A stretch of DNA of 64,000 nucleotides from an uncultured delta proteobacterium (lineage in GTDB: Bacteria > Bdellovibrionota > FAC87 > UBA2466), in assembly GCA_963778115.1 (NCBI GenBank), contig CAVZSV010000004.1:2304001-2368000 (forward strand). The letters run 5' to 3'. The first letter of the stretch is position 1; every line of letters begins with the position of its first letter. Below, piece after piece: positions 39,351 to 49,402 of the stretch. The notes beneath the pieces are model-generated. The model saw only the letters and a list, made by a program, of their open reading frames with translations, was not told the DNA's origin and did no database searches. Position numbers and translations under genes: made by a program.

Positions 39351-40356
39351 GAAGCAAAAGAGTCTAAAGTCCCTATTACTCGTCCTCACCCTGGCCCTGC
39401 TCACAAGCTGCGCCAGTAAGAAACTTGAGCCCCCTCCCCAAAACCCGTACCTGCCGCCGAGTCAAACTCCGGCGACCATGAAAAATACCTATCCACCGAT
39501 GGATCCCACTCAAAGTTTGCCAAATTCAGAAATGGTGCCGGGTGGCTCCACTATTACTATGCCGCCACCCGACGTTCATCCTGGATCTCCGCGCATTGCG
39601 CTGGTGGTAGGAGGAGCTGGAGTCGCCAGTTACGCTACGGTCGGGTTGCTCAAGCGTTTCCATGAGGAGGGAATTCGGCTCGATATGATCGTTGCGACCG
39701 GTTGGCCGGCGCTATTTTCCGTAGGGTTTGGGTTCTTGCGAAGCGTGCACGATCTCGAATGGTTTGCGATGAGGCTTCAATCCAAAGACTTCGAGAGTTT
39801 GGCAAGGCTTCTGCCCGGTAGTGATCCGGGACTGTACGATAAGATTTCGCCGCTGATTTTAGATACCTTTCGCCACCGTGATTTGAGCGAGACCCATCTT
39901 CCTGTCTACTTGATGACGGGGAACACGGACTTGGGAGAGGTGGGGGCGTTTGATAGAGGAGATTGGAAGGTTCCCCTTCTAGAAACGATGTCCATTCCTG
40001 GCATCTATCGGCCGTTTCGGGATGACGATCAGGATGCCTATCGGCGTGTGGAAGCCATGGGGGTTGACGAAGCGGTTCGCAGGCATGCTGACGTAATAAT
40101 AGGGGTGGGGATGTACACCGACTACGTGGATTCGGTTATCTTTTCCGGTGCAAAAGAAGGGGCGGATGCGGGAAGAATCTACGGCAGAACGGTTCAGAGT
40201 AACGTGAACGAACAGCTTCGAAATGCTACTTTTACCTCCAGAATTGCCCTTGGTCGCTCTCCCACCGATTTCGGTTATAAGAGACAAGCATTAGTCGCGG
40301 GGTATCGGGAGGGGACTCGGCTGGCGAGAGAGATCCGCAAACTTCTGCACCGCTAA
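39328..40356 (+). CDS. Patatin-like lipoprotein with a degenerate active site
   Basis: Lipobox LTSC; ALVVGGAG...VGLLK; DMIVATGW in place of GxSxG; SIPGIYRP. Confidence 0.65.
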   Translation: MNFYRIHKKQKSLKSLLLVLTLALLTSCASKKLEPPPQNPYLPPSQTPATMKNTYPPMDPTQSLPNSEMVPGGSTITMPPPDVHPGSPRIALVVGGAGVASYATVGLLKRFHEEGIRLDMIVATGWPALFSVGFGFLRSVHDLEWFAMRLQSKDFESLARLLPGSDPGLYDKISPLILDTFRHRDLSETHLPVYLMTGNTDLGEVGAFDRGDWKVPLLETMSIPGIYRPFRDDDQDAYRRVEAMGVDEAVRRHADVIIGVGMYTDYVDSVIFSGAKEGADAGRIYGRTVQSNVNEQLRNATFTSRIALGRSPTDFGYKRQALVAGYREGTRLAREIRKLLHR

Positions 40357-40445
40357 AGTCTAGGTCTAGAGCTAGCTTTAGCCTCTAGCAGTAGCGCTAT
40401 GATCTCGCACTAGATCTATTTGATCCTTCCGGGTATGGTGCGCCC

Positions 40446-42977
40446 ATGCGAGGGAAGCACCTCATTTTCGTCTCTTTCCTCGTCGTAATTTCGGCCTGTA
40501 CCAAGCCTATTCCCATCCCAGAACTACCCCAGGGTCCGAATCCGGCGGGGGCAATTATTCTTTCCGATACGCTGTCGGCGGCTGACATTCGTACGCTCTT
40601 TGCCGTGCTCAACCAAAAGGGCGCACTTAATTTCTTAGCTCCCCTCTTCAATGGGGCCTCAGACGCCGAGCTTAGCTGGCTTGCGCAGTGGCTCGAGAAA
40701 TATCTATACCGTCCGAGCGGCTCTGATAGTGATTTGGCGAAGTTTTTGCTACAGGCGACCGCGTCACAGAGATTTTCCAAGCTTCTTTCGCTAATTCAAT
40801 GGTGGAAAACCCAGCCCGAATTTAATACGGAACGCGAGGGACTTTTTGCTTTCTTAAATCATCCCGAAGCTCCCCTTCTTATCGAGCACGACATCGAATT
40901 ATTGGATCCCGATTGGATCGGGATCGTTCGAGAATTAAGAAAAAGTTCGGATGCCAGATTCACCCCTTTGGCCGCTACGGCCCTTTCTTCTCAGCTGGCA
41001 AAACCGCCTCAAGACGTCACCGGAAAAGAGATCGTTGGTGACCTTGTTTCGGTCCTAGGTACGCCGGAAACACAAAAGTCGATGTCTGATCTTATCTGCG
41101 TCATGGATAGCCATTACGCGGGAAATAGTTTTTTGCGTGGTATTAGTTTGATGTCGGATAAATACCAGTCACTGGCTCCGCAGGGGTTTCAATTAGCAAT
41201 TCGTCAAATGTTACTTACCCAGCTCAAGGCGGGAGAGTCCGCTCCCGGAATCCGCAATCAGCTCGATCTCTCCCTCTTCTTTGCCGCAAGCGCCAACCAA
41301 AGTACGCAAGGGCTCTTCACGGCCCTACAGACTCAACTCAGGGAGCGGAAAAATTTAACACCGGCCGTCGTCCAGCAATTACAACCGTTCGTCGCAAATG
41401 CGATTTCAGGTCTGATGAGAGAAAAATTGATCGAAGCCTTTTCCACTGCACCTCAAGATTTTTGGAAGACCGTGTCGTCGGCGGGTCCGAGTGACTCCTT
41501 TAAGCAGATATATAGCGAGGTCTTGGCGGTACTGACTTCGTTTGTGGCTTTGAAAAGCGATACGGTAGAAAATTTTTCCAATAACTTCCCCATCTATCTG
41601 AACGCCATCGCCATTACGAAATGGATTGAAGCTCAGGTCTCTACCGATGCGACCGCTTTCACTTCCGGCTGGAATCGCGCGATTAAACCAGTGGGGCTTA
41701 CCGTCCCATTCGCCGAGAAAAGCGAACAAGGGGTTCTCACCTTTCCACAAGAGACTTTAATGAAGGGTTTAGGATTAGATAACTTCGCGAAAGCATTCGC
41801 CGATAAGGTTTCGAAAAGCACTCAAGCCCCAGAAAATATTAACGTCACGTTTGCTTTGTCGGAAGACTCCGTACCCCTGCGCCAGTCGCTAAAGGAGGCG
41901 GTTCAGCAGTCGCTTACGGCGCGGCCTTTAGGGGATCCCACACCCGTGGTCGAATCGGCATTCTATTTCCTAACCCACCCTTCGCCGGGAAATCCCATTT
42001 CGCTAGAAAATTTCGAGTCGGACAATCTGATGGATTCTTTTAACCGCTGGGTTGGGTTTCTTCCTCTAGCTCAATTGAGACAGGTGAAGCGTCTAGTTTT
42101 TGACGATCTCGGTCTCGCAGGGCTTGGTCCCGAGGATCGAAAAGGGATTCTTGGCTGGTTACCGGGGGACAGTGACATAGATCAACGCCGACGAGTGATG
42201 GTTAATAATCTATTGATCTCAGCGAAAGCTTTGGTGGCCTTGGATCAACCGGTCGCTACCGGAGTCCCCTCGGTATTGGAAGTTTACCAAGCGGTGGCAA
42301 ACTATGCCGGCTCCGATGTGACATGGCTTTCGCAGGTGCTTTCGGTAATCTCCAAGACAGCACTGGTTCGGGAAGCCCCTTCTCCCATCGATGGGAAATT
42401 GGCGCCCCGATTTCCCGGCGTTTATAAAGGGATTCAAAGTCCGGTCATAGCGCGCTGGATGGATCGTTTCTCGCTCGTGCGCTCCGAAGATCGCCCCCTC
42501 ATATTTCGACCCTTCGCGCGTGCCTTTGACACGCTCAAAGGACAAACCAAATCGGGGGTTACCATTCACAGTGATGTCTTCTTAGATATTGCCGCTTCCC
42601 AAAGACAGGGGATGGAAGCTTGGGCTGATCGCATTTTACAAGCTTGGTTCAAAGAGCCGAGCCCGACCGATACTGAGTGGGATGTCCAGTGGATTCCCTA
42701 CTCGGCTCTGTACGCGATGGTGGAAAACCACGACCACCAGAAAATCTTAACTTTCTTCAAAGGGCATCTTTCCCGCAAACAGGCGACTGACCTAATCAGC
42801 CAGCTTAGACAGATGTCTTCGAACGGTGAACTTTCCCGAATTTTTGATTTGATGAAGTTGATGCAAGACGACCAGAATCGAATGAAGGCCCTAGGAGCGG
42901 CTCTGGGAGAGTGGCAGAAAAGCGGCGAATTGCGGGCATTTTTGGACGCCATCCTTCTCACTTTGAGCAACGATTAG
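40446..42977 (+). CDS. Large hypothetical lipoprotein (alpha-helical)
   Basis: 843-aa ORF, lipobox ISAC. Confidence 0.75.
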   Translation: MRGKHLIFVSFLVVISACTKPIPIPELPQGPNPAGAIILSDTLSAADIRTLFAVLNQKGALNFLAPLFNGASDAELSWLAQWLEKYLYRPSGSDSDLAKFLLQATASQRFSKLLSLIQWWKTQPEFNTEREGLFAFLNHPEAPLLIEHDIELLDPDWIGIVRELRKSSDARFTPLAATALSSQLAKPPQDVTGKEIVGDLVSVLGTPETQKSMSDLICVMDSHYAGNSFLRGISLMSDKYQSLAPQGFQLAIRQMLLTQLKAGESAPGIRNQLDLSLFFAASANQSTQGLFTALQTQLRERKNLTPAVVQQLQPFVANAISGLMREKLIEAFSTAPQDFWKTVSSAGPSDSFKQIYSEVLAVLTSFVALKSDTVENFSNNFPIYLNAIAITKWIEAQVSTDATAFTSGWNRAIKPVGLTVPFAEKSEQGVLTFPQETLMKGLGLDNFAKAFADKVSKSTQAPENINVTFALSEDSVPLRQSLKEAVQQSLTARPLGDPTPVVESAFYFLTHPSPGNPISLENFESDNLMDSFNRWVGFLPLAQLRQVKRLVFDDLGLAGLGPEDRKGILGWLPGDSDIDQRRRVMVNNLLISAKALVALDQPVATGVPSVLEVYQAVANYAGSDVTWLSQVLSVISKTALVREAPSPIDGKLAPRFPGVYKGIQSPVIARWMDRFSLVRSEDRPLIFRPFARAFDTLKGQTKSGVTIHSDVFLDIAASQRQGMEAWADRILQAWFKEPSPTDTEWDVQWIPYSALYAMVENHDHQKILTFFKGHLSRKQATDLISQLRQMSSNGELSRIFDLMKLMQDDQNRMKALGAALGEWQKSGELRAFLDAILLTLSND

Positions 42978-43079
42978 TCTACCCGAACTTCCTTGAATTT
43001 ATGGCCTTTCGGTTTTATCTTTGCGGCGGTCGATTTGCTCTCGTTTGGGGATTGTTTGGTTTTTCTTGGGAGGAATTTC

Positions 43080-44057
43080 GTGGCGTTAAGGCTCATTTTA
43101 GGTCTCTCATTATTGACATTACTAGGGCTTGTGACCGGTCGTGCCTATTCGCTTCCTATGGCAGGAACTCAGTTTCCCGAGCGTGGTGAAGTTCTTAAGT
43201 CATTTGAAACGAAATACAAGAAACCTATCGACGCCTTTTTTTCCGCGCGCGATAACAATGCCTCCTTGTCGGCCTGTCGTGCTTCGCTTGCGGCGGCGAT
43301 GAATGCTTATTCAGCGGCCGAGCTGGAAAGGGACGCCGATGAGATGGCTCGCATCATGGGCGGAGACGGGGCAAGTTCGGAAACACCTTTGATGGATTTG
43401 ATGCAGCAATGCGGTCCTTGTGTGGCAAGCGTCGATAATGTTTCGGGGGCCGTGTATGCTTCCGACGGTTGGTGTCGTTTGGATAGCGCCACTGCCGATG
43501 TGATGAAAGCGACCGTAGATAAAGCAAAAGACTTTCTTATTAATTTGAAAAATTACCCCTCGGAAAACGGCGGCTTCAATTACGTTCTTAACTTCGATGG
43601 AGTAACGGCCGATGGAAAGGCCATGGACAATGCCGTGGTACTGCCGGCACCCGAAGTGACGACTGCCTGGGTTGCCGTGCGTTCGCTTTTCCAAAGCGCC
43701 TTCGGTTACTTCGGGGACTGCATGTTTAAGGATTCTCCCGATTCCGATCCGGTGAGAAGCTTTATGCTGACTTTTGCCCGCTCGACCAACACCAAACTAA
43801 CCGCACCCAAATCGATTATCGATCCGGAAACTCAAAAGCGGGTAAACGTTTTCGCCGTGGGTGATGTTCGAGGGCTATGGTTAATCGATTCGGAAAGAAA
43901 CGTGCACTATTTTACCAAGGCCGATTTCGGAAAACTCGGAGCGATAGCAGGCGGGCTTTTCGACCTAAAAGATTACGCTAGGCGCGTTCTCATGGATACG
44001 ATGTTCCATCTTTATCGACTGATTACGCCTCGCCCTGTCGCTCAGGAGGCCAAGTGA
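43080..44057 (+). CDS. Hypothetical secreted protein
   Basis: GTG start after GGAGG; signal peptide; stop overlaps the purB start. Confidence 0.65.
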   Translation: MALRLILGLSLLTLLGLVTGRAYSLPMAGTQFPERGEVLKSFETKYKKPIDAFFSARDNNASLSACRASLAAAMNAYSAAELERDADEMARIMGGDGASSETPLMDLMQQCGPCVASVDNVSGAVYASDGWCRLDSATADVMKATVDKAKDFLINLKNYPSENGGFNYVLNFDGVTADGKAMDNAVVLPAPEVTTAWVAVRSLFQSAFGYFGDCMFKDSPDSDPVRSFMLTFARSTNTKLTAPKSIIDPETQKRVNVFAVGDVRGLWLIDSERNVHYFTKADFGKLGAIAGGLFDLKDYARRVLMDTMFHLYRLITPRPVAQEAK

Positions 44058-45346
44058 TCGCTCGGTACAGCCGACCGAAGATGGCCCAAATTTGGTCCGA
44101 AGAAGCACAATTTCGAACGTGGTTGGATATTGAAGTCCTAGCGTGTGAGGGATGGGCAAAGCTCGGCAAGATTCCCGAAGCCGACATGAAGACGATTCGG
44201 GCCAAAGCTAACTTCGATTTAGCCAAAGTTCTTGAGATTGAAAAAGAGACGAAGCACGACTTGGCGGCTTTCGTGTCCAACGTTCAAAGCCATGTGGGAG
44301 AGGCTGGCCGTTTCATTCACTTGGGGCTAACCAGTAGTGACATTGTAGACACTGCCCTCTCTTATCGCCTTAAGCGTTCCGGAGAATTAATTCTAGAAAC
44401 GCTCAAGCCCTGCTTGGACGTCACTCGAGAACGGGCTTTGAAGGAGAAGGACATTCCCATGATTGGCCGCACTCACGGCATTCATGCAGAGCCCACCACC
44501 ATGGGAACGAAATGGCTTCTGTGGCATGACCTGCTAAAAAGATGTTCCGAGCGTCTACACGTGGCTATTCGTGAAATCTCGGTGGGAAAATTATCGGGGG
44601 CTGTCGGAAACTACGCGCATATTCCTCCTGAAGTCGAAGCCTTTGTCTGCGAAAAGTTGGGACTAAAACCAGACTCGCTATCGACCCAAGTCATCGCTCG
44701 CGATAGGCACGCGGCTTACTTTTCAGCGCTGGGGATCTTAGGTAGCGCGGTGGAGACGATAGCGGTCGAACTTAGACACCTTCAACGAACTGAAGTCGGT
44801 GAAGTGCGCGAAGGTTTTACTAAAGGGCAAAAGGGATCTTCAGCCATGCCGCATAAGCGCAATCCTATTAGCGCCGAAAACCTTACCGGGCTTGCCCGTC
44901 TGCTGCGATCGATGGTGATCCCAGCGATGGAAAATTGTGCTTTATGGCACGAGCGCGACATCAGCCACTCTTCGGTCGAGCGGGTGATCGCTCCGGATGG
45001 GAATATTTTGGCAGACTACATGCTGGCTCGTTTGCATGGTCTGTTGGAGAAACTAGAGATCTTCCCTGAGCGAATGAAGCGTAATTTGGATCAACTCCAC
45101 GGAGTTGTCTTCTCCCAGCGAGTGCTATTGCAGCTGATTGACGCCGGGATGAGTCGAGATGAAGCCTACGAAATTGTTCAGAAAAATGCCCTTGCCGCTA
45201 TGGACAGGTCCGAACCCCTATTGAAGCTCCTTAAGGCAGACCCGAAAGTAGCAAAAGTGCTTCCCCAAAATGCTTTGGATATGTTATTTGAACCGCGTCA
45301 CTATTTTAAGCATCTCGACTACTTATATAAGAAAGTACTGGGCTGA
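44054..45346 (+). CDS. purB: Adenylosuccinate lyase
   Basis: HLGLTSSD, GRTHGIHAEP, GSSAMPHKRNP, WHERDISHSS. Confidence 0.97.
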   Translation: MIARYSRPKMAQIWSEEAQFRTWLDIEVLACEGWAKLGKIPEADMKTIRAKANFDLAKVLEIEKETKHDLAAFVSNVQSHVGEAGRFIHLGLTSSDIVDTALSYRLKRSGELILETLKPCLDVTRERALKEKDIPMIGRTHGIHAEPTTMGTKWLLWHDLLKRCSERLHVAIREISVGKLSGAVGNYAHIPPEVEAFVCEKLGLKPDSLSTQVIARDRHAAYFSALGILGSAVETIAVELRHLQRTEVGEVREGFTKGQKGSSAMPHKRNPISAENLTGLARLLRSMVIPAMENCALWHERDISHSSVERVIAPDGNILADYMLARLHGLLEKLEIFPERMKRNLDQLHGVVFSQRVLLQLIDAGMSRDEAYEIVQKNALAAMDRSEPLLKLLKADPKVAKVLPQNALDMLFEPRHYFKHLDYLYKKVLG

Positions 45347-45434
45347 ACCGGGTTGAGCTGAGCCGACGTAGCGAAGTCGAATTCGATATTTTCCGGCGCG
45401 TTTTTATTAGGCACTCTTATTCCTTGAGGCGGAA

Positions 45435-46172
45435 ATGACTCAGGTAAAAAAGTTGTCCCAAATCCGAGAAGGCAAAGCGAAGATTCTGTTCGCGACCGAC
45501 CAGCCTAGCGACCTTATCATCCAATATTTCAAAGACGACGCGACTGCTTTTAATGCCTTGAAAAAGGGTCAGATCAAAGACAAAGGCATTTTGAACAACA
45601 CCGTGTCGGGTTGGGTATTTCGTTACTTGGAAAAAAAGGGAATTCCCACCCATTTCGTGGACCAGCTTTCTGATCGCGAAATGTTGGTGCGTAAAGTAGA
45701 AATCATTCCGGTTGAAATAGTCGTGCGAAATCGGGCCGCCGGAAGTATCTGCAAACGATTGGGAGTCGAAAAAGGAATGACTTTTTCTTCTCCTCTACTC
45801 GAATACTTTTATAAGTCGGACGCTCTGGGGGATCCCTTGATCGGCGAGACCCATATCGCTCTTTTTAAGTGGGCGACACCTGAGGAGCTTTCCGAAATTG
45901 GTAAATTTGCTTTTCAAGTAAATTCCATCCTTCAGGGGGTATTCAACGAAATTGGTTTAGAGCTCATAGATTTTAAGCTTGAGTTTGGCCGTTTGGCTGA
46001 TGGCAAGGTGGTTTTGGCCGATGAGTTTACTCCGGACGGATGTCGACTTTGGGATCGCAAAACGGGTGAGCCGATGGACAAAGACAGATTCCGTCAGGAT
46101 CTAGGCGGGGTCGAAGAGGCTTATAAAGAGGTTTTTGAAAGACTTCAGAAATTTTTCCAAGGAAAATTGTGA
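45435..46172 (+). CDS. purC: SAICAR synthetase
   Basis: [41 protein letters not shown]. Confidence 0.97.
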   Translation: MTQVKKLSQIREGKAKILFATDQPSDLIIQYFKDDATAFNALKKGQIKDKGILNNTVSGWVFRYLEKKGIPTHFVDQLSDREMLVRKVEIIPVEIVVRNRAAGSICKRLGVEKGMTFSSPLLEYFYKSDALGDPLIGETHIALFKWATPEELSEIGKFAFQVNSILQGVFNEIGLELIDFKLEFGRLADGKVVLADEFTPDGCRLWDRKTGEPMDKDRFRQDLGGVEEAYKEVFERLQKFFQGKL

Positions 46173-46197
46173 CCCAAAAAGGTGTGAGAGGCATACT

Positions 46198-46443
46198 GTG
46201 AAAGCACGAGTATTTGTTTTCTATAAGGACTCGGTATTTGATCCCCAAGGGAACACTTTGGCCGATTCCCTTCGGCGAGTCGGATTTGCCAAGGTTAAAG
46301 CAGTCCGCGTCGGCAAAGTGATCGACATGGAGATGGAATCCGCCAATCGAGACGAAGCTAAACGCGATCTGCAGAAAATGTGCGAACAGCTCTTGGCTAA
46401 TCCCGTAATTGAATCCTTTAAGTACGAAGTGCTTGAGGGATAG
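46198..46443 (+). CDS. purS: FGAM synthase subunit PurS
   Basis: DPQG, VRVGK, LLANPVIE; GTG start. Confidence 0.93.
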   Translation: MKARVFVFYKDSVFDPQGNTLADSLRRVGFAKVKAVRVGKVIDMEMESANRDEAKRDLQKMCEQLLANPVIESFKYEVLEG

Positions 46444-46445
46444 CG

Positions 46446-47132
46446 ATGAAAGCAGCCGTCATCACATTTCCTGGATCCAATTGCGATGATGATCTCGTTC
46501 ACGCTCTGACGACTTCGGGTGAATTCTCGGTGACCCGATTGTGGCACAAGGACGAAACGGATCTCTCCTCTTTTGATCTTATCGGCCTTCCCGGCGGCTT
46601 TTCCTACGGGGATTATCTACGGTGTGGCGCCATCGCGGCACTTTCTCCCATCATGCAAAAAGTTAAAGAATTTGCCCATTCCGGTGGCTATGTCATCGGC
46701 CTTTGCAACGGCTTTCAGATGTTGTGTGAGCTGGGCCTGCTTCCTGGAGCTTTGGCTCGCAACGAAAGCCTGCTTTTTGTTTGCAAGGATACTCCCATGA
46801 AAGTCCTGGCGACAACAACCCCTTGGACTAACGAATATAAAGAGACGGAAACCATAACGCTTCCCATCGCTCATGGAGACGGAAGGTATGTAATCTCCGA
46901 AGACGAATACCAAGCGATGTTAACTCGCGGTCAGATTGTCTTGCAGTATACCGAAGTCGACGGAAAACCTAGCCCCAATGGCAGCGTTCATGCGATTGCT
47001 GGAGTTTGCAATTTGGAGAAAAACGTCTTTGGCATGATGCCGCATCCGGAGCGGGCTACCGACTTAAGGTCAAAGGACGGAATGAAGATTTGGAAGTCGA
47101 TAGCAAAAGCCATTAAAGAGAAGACCGCATGA
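46446..47132 (+). CDS. purQ: FGAM synthase glutaminase subunit
   Basis: [32 protein letters not shown]. Confidence 0.97.
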   Translation: MKAAVITFPGSNCDDDLVHALTTSGEFSVTRLWHKDETDLSSFDLIGLPGGFSYGDYLRCGAIAALSPIMQKVKEFAHSGGYVIGLCNGFQMLCELGLLPGALARNESLLFVCKDTPMKVLATTTPWTNEYKETETITLPIAHGDGRYVISEDEYQAMLTRGQIVLQYTEVDGKPSPNGSVHAIAGVCNLEKNVFGMMPHPERATDLRSKDGMKIWKSIAKAIKEKTA

Positions 47133-49367
47133 AGCCCATTCCCGATACGGAAATAGCAACTTTAGAAATGGCAAAGTCGATAGGTCTGACCACCGAAGAG
47201 TTCAACCATGTCTGTCGGAAATTAGAGCGTAAACCTAACTTTGCGGAACTCGGAATTTTCTCGGCTATGTTTTCCGAACATTGTAGTTACAAGTCCTCTA
47301 GAAAATATTTTAAGCGCTTTCCCACGACGGGAAATCGAGTGCTTCAGGGGCCGGGCGAAAATGCCGGTGTCTTGAGCATAGGTGAAGGTTGGGCCGTGGC
47401 CTTTAAGATGGAAAGCCATAACCATCCTTCCTTCATTGAACCCTACCAAGGGGCGGCAACCGGGGTCGGCGGAATTTTGCGAGATATCTTCACCATGGGG
47501 GCAAGGCCAATCGCTTCGATGAATGCCCTCTCCTTCGGCTCTTTTGACGTCGAGAAGGGGAGATATCTGGTTCGTGGTGTCGTAAAGGGAATCGGGCATT
47601 ACGGCAATTGCGTTGGGGTTCCTACCGTTTCGGGTCAGACTTTTTTTCATCCCTGCTATAACCAAAATCCCTTGGTGAATGCTTTCACGCTAGGACTCTT
47701 GCGAGAAGACAAAGATCTTCCGCGGGGCGGCCTCGGGAATTGGAAACATTGTAGTCTATGTCGGCTCCAAGACAGGCAGAGACGGGGTTCACGGGGCCAC
47801 GATGGCTTCGCGCGAGTTCTCAACGGATAAAGAGTTAGAGCGTCCGACTGTTCAAGTGGGCGATCCCTTCACCGAAAAACTTCTTCTGGAAGCGACGTTG
47901 GAAGCGATGGAGTCGGGACTTATCGTCGGCATTCAAGACATGGGTGCCGCTGGACTGACTTCTTCTAGCTTCGAGATGGCTTATCGAGCAAAGAATGGGC
48001 TTGAGATCGAACTGGACAAAGTTCCGGTTCGCGAAACTGCCATGACCGCTTACGAATTGTTGCTTTCGGAATCTCAAGAGAGAATGCTCTTGGTCACGGA
48101 ACCCCGTCATTGGGATGCCCTAAAAAAGGTCTTTGAGAAGTGGGATCTGCATGCCGAGATTATCGGTAAGGTCGTGGAAGGCAGCAAAGTTAAGATGTGG
48201 TTTCACGGCGAGCAAGTGGTCGATGTACCGGTTGATCTGGTCACCGACCCTCCCATGGCCGACAGAGCGAAAGCGGCTCCTTCCGATCTCAAGCAACGCT
48301 GGTTTATCGATCGCAATCGGATGATTGTTGCGCCCCTCGACAAGAAATTTCAGGCCGTATTTGAAGACATGGCCTTTGCCGATGCGACTCCTTTAGTACA
48401 GCAGTACGATTCGATGGTGGGAAACCGCACGATGGGCGGAACTTTCGACGATGGTGCCGTGATTCGAGTTCGAGATTGCGACTCTAAAGCTATCAAGTTA
48501 GTGCTCAGTAGCGATTGCAATCCGCGTGTTTGCTGGCTCTCGCCCCGAGAAGGGGGAAGGCGGGCAGTCGCCGAAGCGGCTATCAACGTAGCTGTCAGAG
48601 GTGCTGAGCCCATCGGCATTACTGATTGTCTCAATTACGGAAGCCCGGAAAATCCTGAAGTCATGTGGCAATTTGAAGAGTCCATCGAGGGGATTTCGGA
48701 AGCTTGTGAAGCTCTAAAGACGCCCGTGGTTTCGGGAAATGTGAGTTTCTATAATGAAACGGATAACCGGCCCATCTACCCCACTCCCATGATCGGCATG
48801 GTTGGGATTATGGAAGGAGAAGAGCGACTCATTCAATCATCGTTCTTCAATACTAGTTTGGAGCTGGGTCTTATCGGCATCCTAGAAGGGGGTCTGGGAG
48901 GGTCGGTGCTTGCGCATCATTGGTTTAAGCGCGACTGTGGCAAGCCCGACGACACTGATATGAGTGCTATCGAGAGAACGATCCGCTTTTGTCAGAGGCT
49001 AAGAAAGAAAAGATTTCCCGTGGCCCTTCATGACATCTCCGACGGAGGACTTGTTACCGCCGCTTTAGAGATGGTTTTTCGGGCAAAGTTTAAACAGACC
49101 GGTGTTGAGCTTGCGGTTCCGCTCAATACGGATGTGGATCTTTTTCTCTTCGGAGAGACGATTCCGCGTATATTGGTCGCGTACGAGGCGGTGGAGCGGA
49201 CTGAAATCGAAACTCTGGCAAACGGAGCTGGAGTCCCCTTTCATGTCATCGGCAATTCCACTGACCGCTCGCGTTTGACGATCTCACAAGGTGGGGCGAA
49301 GATTCTGGACCTAGACTCACAGCAGTTGAAGAACCAATGGAAGCAGAAGTGGGCTCCTCTTTTTTGA
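47129..49367 (+). CDS. purL: FGAM synthase subunit PurL, interrupted as sequenced by a +1 indel near 47712
   Basis: SEHCSYKSS and ESHNHPS; removing one A restores KIFRGAASG...[16 protein letters not shown]; then QDMGAAG, SESQERM, GNVSFYN. Confidence 0.94.
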
Positions 49368-49402
49368 GGGGCAAAACCGATCTTAGAAAGGAAACTTAAT
49401 TC

